Source: Myxococcota bacterium (GTDB lineage: Bacteria > Myxococcota_A > UBA796 > GCA-2862545). Taken from it: a DNA stretch of 64,000 nucleotides. Under the pieces are notes generated by a model. The model had not been told where the DNA came from, made no database searches, and saw only the letters and a list, made by a program, of their open reading frames with translations. The position numbers and the translations under genes are program-made. This document shows, one piece after another, positions 36,376-46,214 of the stretch (within the stretch, counting starts at the first letter, position 1; the number at the start of each line of letters is the position of its first letter). The DNA lies in contig JBCCQY010000022.1 in assembly GCA_039208735.1 (NCBI GenBank), positions 1 to 64,000 of the forward strand. The letters are read 5' to 3'.

Positions 36376-39300
36376 TCACCGGTCTCCACCTCCGACGAGG
36401 CACCGAAACGACTCGATCGAAAGCTCATCGTTGAAGGTTTGCCCCCAACAGGCTTCCACGCAGCCTCGCCACCTCGCGAGCGCGGTTTCAACATCTTCTT
36501 CGAGGAAGTGAACCCGCTCGCCGGGCGTCAAGCAGGGCTCAACATCGGCGAGCAGCGCGCCCCGCAGTTCATCCACACTGGCCGGCCACACCGCCACCGC
36601 GCCGTCTTCGCTGGTCGTGAGCAACTCCGAACCATCGGCTGAAAACGCGACCTGCGCCACCGGAGCCCCATCGCCCGACAGTCGCATCGCCTGCCCGCGC
36701 GGATTCCAAAGCTCCGCGGGACCGTTGCGACACGCCACGACGACCCGAGGCGACGTCGAAAGGAGCGATGCTTGGATGGCCGAGCAGTCCTCTTGGCTGG
36801 TTCGCAGCGGAGCATCGGGCGACTCGAGTCGCCACAGTCGCGCCACCCGGTCGTCGGCCAGGGTGAGCAGGAACACGCCATTGGCGTTGAGCGACACGTT
36901 CCGAACCGTGCCCTGGTGCCCTTCGAGGATCAGCGCGAACTCTGGGTCGGCGACCGACCACACGCGCACCACCCGTTCGACGCCACCCGCCGCAACCTTG
37001 TCGTCGCCGGACATCGACACCGCTTCGACAGAACTCGTGAGGCCTTCGAACGTCTTGATCGGAAAATCCCCTAGGATCGTCCACACTTGAACCGAGCCAT
37101 TCGATCCGCCAGTCACGATGCGGCTGCCATCGGGGTCGAAGCCGAAGGCCGTCACGCTTTCGCGACGCAAGCGCAGGCTGCGGACCTCCGACCCTCCATC
37201 GGCCTTGTACAAGCGCAGCACACCGTCTTCGCCAAGGGCTGCGATGATGGACCCATCGGGGCTGTAGGCCACCTGCGCAACCGGACCATCGGCACGTCCA
37301 ACCGTGCGGGGCCCGGTTTGGCCATCCAAGGGCCAGACCTTGGCCACCCCTTGGTCAAGGGTGATGACCTGTGATCCCCCAGGCCGCACCCCGCCTTTGC
37401 CCAGCACGCCGTCGATCACCACGTCGGTAAGCGCGTCGGTGCTCCGGTCGTACACCCGGACCCCACCGTCTTGCAGCGTGGTGAAAATCCGCGAGTCGCC
37501 TGCATCGCCAAACCATGCCGACGCCAACGCGGCCTCAGGCTCCACCATCTCGGGCACGAGGCGCTGGTCGAGGCTCCAAATGCGAGCCACGCCATCGGCC
37601 GTTCCGGTGATCATCTCACGGGCATCCGCACGGAAAACGATGTCGCGGACTTCGGTACGGCCCGATCCATAGACGGCCCGAATGTCGGGGTCGCCCGGAC
37701 GCCATTGCCACACCTGACCGCCTTCCACCGCCACCATGATCACGCCGGAGGGCGCAAACACGGCAAGTCGCGGCAACGTGCTGTCGAGTTCGAGCACTTC
37801 GGGTCGGGAGGCTTCGAGGAACGACCAGGCCTTGACCGTACGGTCGCGACCCGTCGACACCACCCACTCGCTGGTCGCGTCGAACCGTGCCGAGAGCAGG
37901 CCGCCCTCATGTCGCCCCAGGATCTCGGAAACCGGGCCTTCCTCGGCCGACCAATCCCACACCCGTAAATCGTTGCCCGACCCCGTGAGCACCCGCATGC
38001 CATCGGGCGAGAAGTGGGCCGGCTGTACGAAGCCTCCGGGATGTTGAAGCACCACCGCCTCGGTGGGAGGGGGGCGGTCTCGCCCGGGTTGGAGTTCCCA
38101 CACCCGCGCCGTGCCGTCCTGACCTGCCGTGAGGACGTGTCGGCCGTCCTCGCTCATCTCCACGCTGGACACCCAGCCCTGGTGGCCCTCCAACGCCCCT
38201 TCAAGCGTGCCATCCCTTCGCCACAACCGCACCGTGCCGTCGTGGGAAGAGGTGAGCACCCGCCGGCCTCGCGGCCCAATGTCGACCATCGTGAGGGGCC
38301 CACCGTGCCCCTGCAAGACGATGGGCTCAGCCGACCCGTCGAGCGTGAAAATCTTGGCCGTACGGTCGTGAGAAGCGCTGGCCAGCCACTTGCCATCCGG
38401 ACTGATGTCGATGGAACGAACTGCGGCTTCATGCGCCTTGAGCTGGGTAATCGCGGCCGGTTCATCGACGTTCCACCACAAGACAGCGCCATCGGCACAG
38501 CCTGCGGCGAGCATCTGCCCATCGTCGGAAAGCGCAAGATCCAAGATCTCAGCCCCGTGCCCCACCAAGGCGCGCTTCACCGCAGGCCGTTCGAGCGCTT
38601 CGACCACCGCATCGGGCCAACGGGGCTGCTGTTCGGGAGCGCGCACGCCCGAAAGCAGGATGCGTGCTGCATGGGGAGCCACCTCCGCCGTGGCGATGCG
38701 AACCGCCTGCATGCGGCTGTCGTCGGCGAGCTGGCGCTGGTTGCGCACCACCCACACCCCGGCCACGACAAGGGCGACGACCGCGACCGCAACCAGCGCC
38801 ACCACGCCCCGGGGAATCCGCCCGGACCGCGTCGGTAACGGGCGACGACGTTGCAGCTCTTCGATGAACGACCGCGAATCCGCATCGAGCGACCGCAGGT
38901 ACCGGACCTTGGTGTTGTCGTCCAGATCCTCACCCGCAAGGCGCACCACCAGGGGCTCTTGCAGAGGGCCGTCCGCAAAGGGGTCCGCCTTTGCTTCGAG
39001 CAGCAGAAGTTCGTCGCGCCGTTCGAGGAACTCGCGAGCTTCCTCAAGCCAAAAGGCAAGGATGCGCCAGTCGGTGAGCAGCACATCATGCCGCAGGTCG
39101 AGGCTCTCGGTATCGCCCGAGGTCCCGATCATCTCGATGACACGGAAGGGTTCAAGGCCCGACGGCCGGCGGTTCTCGGTCGGCCCAGCCAGCTTTTCAA
39201 GCACGTGGCGGGCCTGTTCGGGCTTGAGATGGTCAGTGCCGTGGTACACCTCGCCGCGGGGCCGCATGCAGCGCATGTCGTTGCCCACCCGTCCCGGACG

Positions 39301-40749
39301 CACGACGTGGATCATCATGTCGCGGGCTGCCTCAAGCTCCGGCTGCGACAGGCCGTCGAGGGATTGGTCCATCACCCGGGAAAACACGTTGCGAAGGCCT
39401 TCGTAAGGCTCCTCAAGCCCATCTGAAGGGCGGGCTTGGGTGGCCCGCAGCGGCTCGAGGTCGGACAACATCATCTTGGGCCGCATGGGGTCCCGAGTCA
39501 CCGCATCTCGCCACAATGCTCGCAAGACCACCGCTACCTTGGGCAGTCGAACCGGCTCCTCCTCGGCCAGGCGAATGAGTTCTTCGACCAACGCATCATC
39601 GACGGTCGCTCCCAAAAGATGGACCGGATCTACGATGGCCGCTCGTAGGTCGTCGTCGCGGAGCGGTGGCAGGTGAAAGCGGGCCGTCGTGGGCAGATTG
39701 AGCTGACCTTCGAGCTGCGGCATCGTGCGAAAGCCGTTGAGCCGGTCGCTGCGCACCGTGGTCACAAGCCGCAGATTTGCGTTGCTGATGATCGACCGTG
39801 CAATCAGTTTGTCGAAGGGCTCAAAGCGTTCGGGGTTGAGGGGCTGTTGCGTAAAGCCATCGTCAAGTTGATCGAGGATGAGCAACAACCCGCGATGCCC
39901 GAGCTGTGGAAGATCCTCCTCGACGAACTTCACCAACGCTCGCTCGTCTTCGTGTAGGCGATGGGCGAGTTCGGCAGGTGGCAACTGGGCCGGATCGATC
40001 TCGAGCGCTTTGTGGAGCGCCAGCGCGAGGTCGTTGATGGGGTCGACCCCAGGCCGCACCACGCAGTGACGCCACGACGGGCCGAAGGGCGCGCGATCGC
40101 CGACCTGTAAGGCTACGAGCAGCCCTGCTCGCACGAGCGAGGTCTTGCCCACCCCGCTCGCGCCCTCGACCTGCAGCCAACGCGCCCCATCGTCGATGCG
40201 TTGAAGGCATTGGCGAATCGCCTCATCGCGGCCCATAAACAAGGTTGCGCGAGCTTCGTTGAAAGCTCGCAACCCCGGAAAGGGTCCGCTTGCCATCACG
40301 CGTTGAACGGCCTCTGCATCGAGCGGCGTCGGCTGCACATACCGATCGAGGGCGGCACTGAGCTGGGCGATGGCCGCGTTGCGATCTCTACCGTCGGGAA
40401 GCGTGGCTCCCGTCCACTGCTTCAGCGACGCATGCTCGTCGCCCAAGGTGCGGCCTCCGCTGAGGACGGGAAGCACCGAAAACGGCCGTCCATCCCGGTC
40501 CGCCCAGGCATGTTGGGCCAACGAAAGGCTCTGGTGCGTGCGAAGCCACTCGCTCGGGGTTCGGGGCGACGCGTAGAGCAGAAGCAACGGCGCGCGCAAC
40601 CCGCGGTCGCCCACCGCCCTTAACCAAGCCCGTTCCGGCACGATCGACCCGTCGTCGACGATGACCTGATGCCCATCGGCCTGTAGATCTTGGGCGAGTC
40701 GTTGGGCCTCGTCGACGTCGACCCCGTGGTAATCCAAGAAGACGTCCAT
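36376..40749 (-). CDS. TIR-like + STAND (nSTAND1-type) NTPase + TM + WD40 repeat protein
   Basis: DVFLDY TIR-like start, PFPGLRAF, Walker A GASGVGKT, Walker B LLILDQ, one TM helix, more than 12 GH...WD-like repeats. Confidence 0.85.
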   Translation of the reverse strand: MDVFLDYHGVDVDEAQRLAQDLQADGHQVIVDDGSIVPERAWLRAVGDRGLRAPLLLLYASPRTPSEWLRTHQSLSLAQHAWADRDGRPFSVLPVLSGGRTLGDEHASLKQWTGATLPDGRDRNAAIAQLSAALDRYVQPTPLDAEAVQRVMASGPFPGLRAFNEARATLFMGRDEAIRQCLQRIDDGARWLQVEGASGVGKTSLVRAGLLVALQVGDRAPFGPSWRHCVVRPGVDPINDLALALHKALEIDPAQLPPAELAHRLHEDERALVKFVEEDLPQLGHRGLLLILDQLDDGFTQQPLNPERFEPFDKLIARSIISNANLRLVTTVRSDRLNGFRTMPQLEGQLNLPTTARFHLPPLRDDDLRAAIVDPVHLLGATVDDALVEELIRLAEEEPVRLPKVAVVLRALWRDAVTRDPMRPKMMLSDLEPLRATQARPSDGLEEPYEGLRNVFSRVMDQSLDGLSQPELEAARDMMIHVVRPGRVGNDMRCMRPRGEVYHGTDHLKPEQARHVLEKLAGPTENRRPSGLEPFRVIEMIGTSGDTESLDLRHDVLLTDWRILAFWLEEAREFLERRDELLLLEAKADPFADGPLQEPLVVRLAGEDLDDNTKVRYLRSLDADSRSFIEELQRRRPLPTRSGRIPRGVVALVAVAVVALVVAGVWVVRNQRQLADDSRMQAVRIATAEVAPHAARILLSGVRAPEQQPRWPDAVVEALERPAVKRALVGHGAEILDLALSDDGQMLAAGCADGAVLWWNVDEPAAITQLKAHEAAVRSIDISPDGKWLASASHDRTAKIFTLDGSAEPIVLQGHGGPLTMVDIGPRGRRVLTSSHDGTVRLWRRDGTLEGALEGHQGWVSSVEMSEDGRHVLTAGQDGTARVWELQPGRDRPPPTEAVVLQHPGGFVQPAHFSPDGMRVLTGSGNDLRVWDWSAEEGPVSEILGRHEGGLLSARFDATSEWVVSTGRDRTVKAWSFLEASRPEVLELDSTLPRLAVFAPSGVIMVAVEGGQVWQWRPGDPDIRAVYGSGRTEVRDIVFRADAREMITGTADGVARIWSLDQRLVPEMVEPEAALASAWFGDAGDSRIFTTLQDGGVRVYDRSTDALTDVVIDGVLGKGGVRPGGSQVITLDQGVAKVWPLDGQTGPRTVGRADGPVAQVAYSPDGSIIAALGEDGVLRLYKADGGSEVRSLRLRRESVTAFGFDPDGSRIVTGGSNGSVQVWTILGDFPIKTFEGLTSSVEAVSMSGDDKVAAGGVERVVRVWSVADPEFALILEGHQGTVRNVSLNANGVFLLTLADDRVARLWRLESPDAPLRTSQEDCSAIQASLLSTSPRVVVACRNGPAELWNPRGQAMRLSGDGAPVAQVAFSADGSELLTTSEDGAVAVWPASVDELRGALLADVEPCLTPGERVHFLEEDVETALARWRGCVEACWGQTFNDELSIESFRCLVGGGDR

Positions 40750-40907
40750 CGCTCCTCCGGCGCAGTCCGTTTAAAGCGCGTGGCAGCCTCTGCCCACAGC
40801 CGGTTCCCGACCGTCCTGAACGTGGTCAAGCGGCGTGGCCCGTGACGCGACGGTGCAACACGGATACCGCCGACAAGGCGCCGTTTCCGGCGTCGTGGAG
40901 CCCATCC

Positions 40908-42077
40908 ATGAAGCTCGCCGACACGGCGCGTCAGGTCCTCGCGCCGACGTATCGCCAGCCCGACCCCATCCTCACGCGTGGCGAAGGGTGCTGGGTGTGG
41001 GACGAAGACGACAACGCCTACCTCGACATGACCACGGGCATCGCAGTCACCTCCCTCGGCCATGGTGCCCCCGTGGTCCGGGAAGCCCTGATCGAGGCCG
41101 CTAATGGCCTCACCCACACCTCGAACCTCTACTTCACGCGACCCGCCATCGAACTGGCCACGGCCCTCGTCGAGCACTCGTTTGCCGACCGGGTGTTCTT
41201 CTGCAATTCCGGCACGGAGTCGGTCGAAGGAGCCATCAAGTTCGCACGCTTGGCGGCCGGGGATCGGCGCGACATTGTCTATTTCGACGGGGCGTTCCAC
41301 GGGCGAACGTTTGGCGCATTGGCGGCCACCGACCGAGAAGCCTCCCGACGGCCCTTCGAGCCCCTTCCGGGCGGGTTCCGCCGGGCTCCATTCGATGACG
41401 ACATCGCCCTGACCATGATCGACGAATCCGTGGCGGCCGTCATGGTCGAACCGTTGCAGGGCGAAGGTGGGGTGCGGGTGCCCCGGCCGGAGTGGCTGCG
41501 TGCGCTACGGACTCGCTGCGACGAGGTCGGTGCCTTGCTCATCGCCGATGAGATCCAGTGCGGGCTTAGCCGAACGGGTCGGTTGTGGGCCCACGAGCAT
41601 GCCGACATCCAGCCCGACATCATGACGCTGGCCAAACCCTTGGCGGGGGGGCTGCCCATGGGCGCCATCCTGTTGGGGCCACGGGTGGTCGATGCCATCT
41701 CGCCCGGCGTGCATGGGTCGACGTTCGGGGGCGGCCCCCTCGTCGCGAAGGTCGCGCTGGCCGTGTTTCATGCCCTGCGCGACCCCGAGCTGTTGGCCGG
41801 CGTGCAGCCCCGCGCGGATCTGTTGCGCAAAGCCTTGCTCGAAGCATTAGGCAATGACCTCATCGAGGTTCGTGGGGTGGGCCTCCTGATGGGAGTAGCG
41901 TTGCGCCTCGACCATCCCGGGAGGGCCATGGCGCGGGCCGCGTTCGAAGAGGGCTTGCTGTTGGCCGCCGCGTCGGGCAACGTTTTGCGAATCCTCCCCC
42001 CTCTCAATGCCCCCGAAGCGGACCTTCTCGAAGCAGTCGATCGACTCGCCCGAACGGTCCGCCGGCTCAAGGGCTGA
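40908..42077 (+). CDS. argD: Acetyl/succinyl-ornithine aminotransferase
   Basis: HTSNLY, FFCNSGTE, FHGRT, EPLQGEGG, DEIQCG, TLAKPL, HGSTFGG. Confidence 0.85.
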   Translation: MKLADTARQVLAPTYRQPDPILTRGEGCWVWDEDDNAYLDMTTGIAVTSLGHGAPVVREALIEAANGLTHTSNLYFTRPAIELATALVEHSFADRVFFCNSGTESVEGAIKFARLAAGDRRDIVYFDGAFHGRTFGALAATDREASRRPFEPLPGGFRRAPFDDDIALTMIDESVAAVMVEPLQGEGGVRVPRPEWLRALRTRCDEVGALLIADEIQCGLSRTGRLWAHEHADIQPDIMTLAKPLAGGLPMGAILLGPRVVDAISPGVHGSTFGGGPLVAKVALAVFHALRDPELLAGVQPRADLLRKALLEALGNDLIEVRGVGLLMGVALRLDHPGRAMARAAFEEGLLLAAASGNVLRILPPLNAPEADLLEAVDRLARTVRRLKG

Positions 42078-42119
42078 TGCGCTGGTTACAGCGGTCAGCC
42101 GAGTTCGAAGGAGACTCCC

Positions 42120-43097
42120 TTGGCTGACGTACGCCACGACTGGACCCGCGAAGAGGTCCGCGCGCTGTTTGACCTTCCCTTCGCGGAGGTAGCCTTCCGC
42201 GCTCAGGTCGCTCACCGGGCGCACCACGACCCCAGCAAGGTCCAGCTCGCCACGCTGTCCAACATCAAGCGCGGGGGATGTCCCGAGGATTGCGCCTATT
42301 GCCCACAAGCCGCTCGCTACAACACCGGCGTGGAAAGCGAAGGCCTCCTCCCCCTCGACGAGGTCATCGATCAGGCGAAACGCGCCAAGGCAAATGGCGC
42401 GTCGCGGTTCTGCATGGGGGCCGCCTGGCGTGAAGTGCACGACGGACGCGCGTTCGATCGGGTCGTGAAGATGGTCGAAGCCGTCAATGACTTGGGCCTC
42501 GAAGTGTGCGCCACCTTGGGCATGATCGATGAAGCGAAGGCCCGTCGCCTCGCGGATGCTGGGTTGTATGCCTACAACCACAATCTCGACACCTCGCCCG
42601 AACACTACGCCGAGATCATCAGCACCCGCACCTACCAGGACCGCCTCGATACGCTTGGCAACGTGCGTCGGGCCGGCCTCACGGTGTGCTGTGGAGGCAT
42701 CGTCGGCATGGGCGAAACGCGCGAAGATCGCATCGGGCTCCTCGTCACCATCGCCGGTCTGAACCCGCACCCCGAATCGGTGCCCATCAACCAGCTGGTT
42801 CCTGCGCCGGGAACGCCGCTCGCCGAAGAAAAGGGCGTCGACATCTTTGAGTACCTGCGCACGATCGCGATCGCCCGCATCCTTCTTCCAACGTCGATGA
42901 TCCGGCTTGCCGCCGGCCGCACCGCGCTGTCTCGAGAAGGTCAGGCGTTCGCGTTTTTGTGTGGAGCCAACAGCATTTTCTATGGCCCCGCCCTGCTCAC
43001 CACCGAGAACCCACCGATCGACCAAGACCATGCCCTGCTCAACACCCTCGGCATGGGTCCGCTCGAGCCCCAGGTGGCAGCTCGCTCCGCCAAGTAG
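42120..43097 (+). CDS. bioB: Biotin synthase
   Basis: CPEDCAYC radical-SAM motif, RFCMGAAWR, YNHNLDTS, PESVPIN. Confidence 0.96.
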   Translation: MADVRHDWTREEVRALFDLPFAEVAFRAQVAHRAHHDPSKVQLATLSNIKRGGCPEDCAYCPQAARYNTGVESEGLLPLDEVIDQAKRAKANGASRFCMGAAWREVHDGRAFDRVVKMVEAVNDLGLEVCATLGMIDEAKARRLADAGLYAYNHNLDTSPEHYAEIISTRTYQDRLDTLGNVRRAGLTVCCGGIVGMGETREDRIGLLVTIAGLNPHPESVPINQLVPAPGTPLAEEKGVDIFEYLRTIAIARILLPTSMIRLAAGRTALSREGQAFAFLCGANSIFYGPALLTTENPPIDQDHALLNTLGMGPLEPQVAARSAK

Positions 43098-43099
43098 CC

Positions 43100-44257
43100 A
43101 TGGCCTCCCGCATCGAGGCCCGGTTTGCGGGCCGACTCGACGCCATCGATCGTCACGGACTGCGCCGACACCTGGCCCTTCCCGAGGGCCGTTCCGTCAC
43201 CAGCAACGACTACCTGGCGCTGACGCGCGATGACGAGGTGCAAAAAGCGTTGCGGAACGCCTTCGAAGCGGGCCTACCCACGGGTTCGACCGGTTCTCGG
43301 CTGTTATCGGGGCATCATGAAGCCGTGGCCCGGTTGGAGGCCACCGTGGCGCGCTGGCAAGCCGCCGATGCCGCGTTGCTCTATCCAAGTGGGTTTCAGG
43401 CGAATCAAGGGCTCTTAGGCACCGTCCTCGAGCCCGGCGACGTCGTGGTGTCGGATGCGCTGAACCACGCCAGCCTCATCGATGCGATGCGCCTCACCAA
43501 AGCTGAACGTCGGATCGTGCCTCACAACGATGTCGACGCCATCGTGAAGGCCATCGATCCCGAACGGCCCACGGTCGTCGTGGTGGAATCGGTGTACTCG
43601 ATGGATGGCGACTCCGCCCCGCTGGCCGACCTTGCGACCGCCTGCGCGGAACGCCGCGCCGCTTTGATCGTGGATGAAGCCCACGCCACCGGGATGTACG
43701 GACCGGAAGGTGCAGGGCGCGTAGCTGAAGTGGGCGTGCGTGAGGCCGTCTTGGCGACGGTGCACCCTGCAGGAAAGGCGCTCGCGGCTGCGGGGGCGTT
43801 CGTGGTGGGGTCGGAGGCGCTCCGCGATCTGCAGTTGCAGCGAGCACGCAGCTTCATCTACAGCACGGCGCCCCCTCCGTTGCTCGTCGCCACTCTCGAA
43901 GCCGTGATCGAACGCATCCGCGGCGATGCCCCGTTGCGTGCGCGGCCCCGGCAGCTTGGAGCAAGGCTTCGGTCCCGCCTGCGTCCTGTCGTTGAGGCAG
44001 CGGGGGGCACCATTCCCGGTGACGACAGCCCCATCGTGCCGGTGGTCGTGGGGTCGGTGGACGCCGCGGAAGCGCTTGCGCAGGGCTTGCGGCGACGGGG
44101 TTGGGCAGCCCGACCGATCCGCCCCCCCACCGTGCCGGAGGGCACCTGCCGGGTGCGCCTGGTCGTCCGCGCCGACCTCACCGAAGCCGACATCGACCAG
44201 CTCGCGAACGATGTAGCCGCGGCGCTTCGGACGAGCCCCTCCTCGTGCGGAGGTTAG
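43100..44257 (+). CDS. bioF: 8-amino-7-oxononanoate synthase
   Basis: SNDYLAL, GSTGSRLLSG, LNHAS, ESVYSMDGD, DEAHA, GKA, IRPPTVP. Confidence 0.9.
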   Translation: MASRIEARFAGRLDAIDRHGLRRHLALPEGRSVTSNDYLALTRDDEVQKALRNAFEAGLPTGSTGSRLLSGHHEAVARLEATVARWQAADAALLYPSGFQANQGLLGTVLEPGDVVVSDALNHASLIDAMRLTKAERRIVPHNDVDAIVKAIDPERPTVVVVESVYSMDGDSAPLADLATACAERRAALIVDEAHATGMYGPEGAGRVAEVGVREAVLATVHPAGKALAAAGAFVVGSEALRDLQLQRARSFIYSTAPPPLLVATLEAVIERIRGDAPLRARPRQLGARLRSRLRPVVEAAGGTIPGDDSPIVPVVVGSVDAAEALAQGLRRRGWAARPIRPPTVPEGTCRVRLVVRADLTEADIDQLANDVAAALRTSPSSCGG

Positions 44258-44286
44258 GACGCCGGTTCTTGTCAGGAGCCTCTCGC

Positions 44287-46179
44287 GTGTTGCCCGATCC
44301 CATCTACGTCACCGGCACGGACACCGACGTCGGCAAGACCGTGGTCTCAGCCCTGTTGGCCCAAGTTCTCGACCGGGCCTACTGGAAACCCGTACAGGCG
44401 GGACGTCCCACCGATCGCGACACGGTCGCCGCGCTGACCGGGGTACCCACCCATCCCGAAGCGTTGGTCCTCGAACGCCCCGCCTCTCCACACGCCGCCC
44501 TTCAAACCGAAGGGCGAACCTTGGACCTCGAGGCGCTCACCCTGCCCGCGGGGCCCCTGATCGTGGAGGGAGCGGGCGGCTGGATGGTGCCGTATTCGAT
44601 GACCGACGATCACGTCGTGTGGCAGGCCGACGTCGTGCGGCATCTGCGGCTGCCCGTGATCGTGGTCGCCCGAAGCGGGCTTGGCACCCTCAACCACACC
44701 CTGTCGACGCTTCGAGCCATCCGCGCCGACGGGATCGTCCCGGTTGGCCTCATCTTGGTGGGCCCAGCGCATCCCGAAAACGAACGCGACCTGCCCCGGC
44801 TGGGAGGGGTGCCCGTGCTCGCCCGACTCGATCGAGCAACCCTGCCCGACGACGCGCCGAAGCTCGCGGCCTCGCTCCGGCAGCAGCTCGACCAAGCCAG
44901 CCCCGGTCCGGTTCGCAGCCCCGGAAGAGAGGCGGAAGGCCTCTGGCATCCATTTACACAGTTGAAAGGCTTCGTACCGCGGGGGAATGTGGTGCGCGCA
45001 GAAGGCGCATGGCTCACCCTCGGCAACGGACGCCGCGTGCTCGACGGCATCTCGTCTTGGTGGGTGACCCTGCATGGGCACAGCCATCCGGCCGTCATGG
45101 CCGCCATCGCCGAGCAGGCCCATACCTTTGACCAGGTCATTCTGGCCGACTTCGCCCACGGTCCGGCCGTCGAGTTGTCCGCCCAACTCGCGCAGGTGCT
45201 CCCTGGCGACGTCGACCACGTCTTCTACTCGGATGACGGCTCCACCTCGGTCGAAGTGGCGCTCAAAATGGCCCTGCAGGGTCACCGGCAGCTCGGGGCA
45301 AACCGTACGCGGTTTGTGGCGTTTGACGGCGCGTACCATGGTGACACGGCGGGGGCGATGAGCGTGGGCGAGCGTGGTCCGTTCACCGACGCCTTCGAAC
45401 CCATGATGTTCGACGTCACCCACTTGCCCTACGACGACGCGGATGCCCTCGACGCCTGGCTCGACGCCCATGGTCACGAGGTCGCAGGGGTGATTCTCGA
45501 GCCGATGGTGCAGGGCGCCGCGGGCATGCGGTTTTGCTCGGCCGAGTTCCTCGTTCGGGTCCGAGCCGCCTGCGATCGGGTGGGCGCTTGGATGATCACC
45601 GACGAAGTGTTCACCGGCTTCGGCCGCACGGGACGCATGTGGGCGAGCGACCACGCCAACCTCGTGCCCGACATCATGTGCCTGTCGAAGGGCCTGACCG
45701 GCGGCTCGATCGCGATGGGGGCCACCGCTTGTCGCACCCACATCTTTGAAGCGTTTCTCGACGACGACCACGCTCGGGCCTTCCTCCACGGCCATAGCTA
45801 CACCGGCAGCCCCATCGCTTGTGCGGCCTCGTTGGCCTCGCTGGCGCTGTTTGAGACCGAGGGCACCCTCGCGCGGGTCGCCGCGATCGAAGCGGCGTAT
45901 ACGCAGGCTTCAGCGCCTCTACGTGACCTCGAAGGCGTCGAGAACCTCCGCATCCGAGGCGACATCCTGGCCTACGAAGTGAAGGGAGGACCCGGGGGGT
46001 ACTTTGATCCCGTGGGACGCCGTATCTGCGACCGTGCCTTCGCCGAAGACCTCTACGTGCGACCCTTGGGCAACACGCTGTACATGGTGCCGCCGTTGTG
46101 CACGACGCCCGCGGAAATCGCCTGGGCGGTCGACATCCTCATCCGAGCGACCCGCGCAGAACTCGGCCGAGGCGCGTAA
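44287..46179 (+). CDS. bioDA: Fused dethiobiotin synthetase / DAPA aminotransferase
   Basis: BioD: TGTDTDVGKT, WKPVQ, EGAGG, LGTLNH. BioA: WHPFTQ, SSWW, YHGDT, DEVFTGFGRTG, SKGLTGG, HGHSY. One open frame. Confidence 0.9.
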   Translation: MLPDPIYVTGTDTDVGKTVVSALLAQVLDRAYWKPVQAGRPTDRDTVAALTGVPTHPEALVLERPASPHAALQTEGRTLDLEALTLPAGPLIVEGAGGWMVPYSMTDDHVVWQADVVRHLRLPVIVVARSGLGTLNHTLSTLRAIRADGIVPVGLILVGPAHPENERDLPRLGGVPVLARLDRATLPDDAPKLAASLRQQLDQASPGPVRSPGREAEGLWHPFTQLKGFVPRGNVVRAEGAWLTLGNGRRVLDGISSWWVTLHGHSHPAVMAAIAEQAHTFDQVILADFAHGPAVELSAQLAQVLPGDVDHVFYSDDGSTSVEVALKMALQGHRQLGANRTRFVAFDGAYHGDTAGAMSVGERGPFTDAFEPMMFDVTHLPYDDADALDAWLDAHGHEVAGVILEPMVQGAAGMRFCSAEFLVRVRAACDRVGAWMITDEVFTGFGRTGRMWASDHANLVPDIMCLSKGLTGGSIAMGATACRTHIFEAFLDDDHARAFLHGHSYTGSPIACAASLASLALFETEGTLARVAAIEAAYTQASAPLRDLEGVENLRIRGDILAYEVKGGPGGYFDPVGRRICDRAFAEDLYVRPLGNTLYMVPPLCTTPAEIAWAVDILIRATRAELGRGA

Positions 46180-46214
46180 GGGCCGGGGTTATCCTGGCCG
46201 AAGAGAGGCGGTTC

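Noticed and set aside
43100..44257. Second AOS as a serine palmitoyltransferase
   Set aside because: Lies between bioB and bioDA and has BioF-type motifs.
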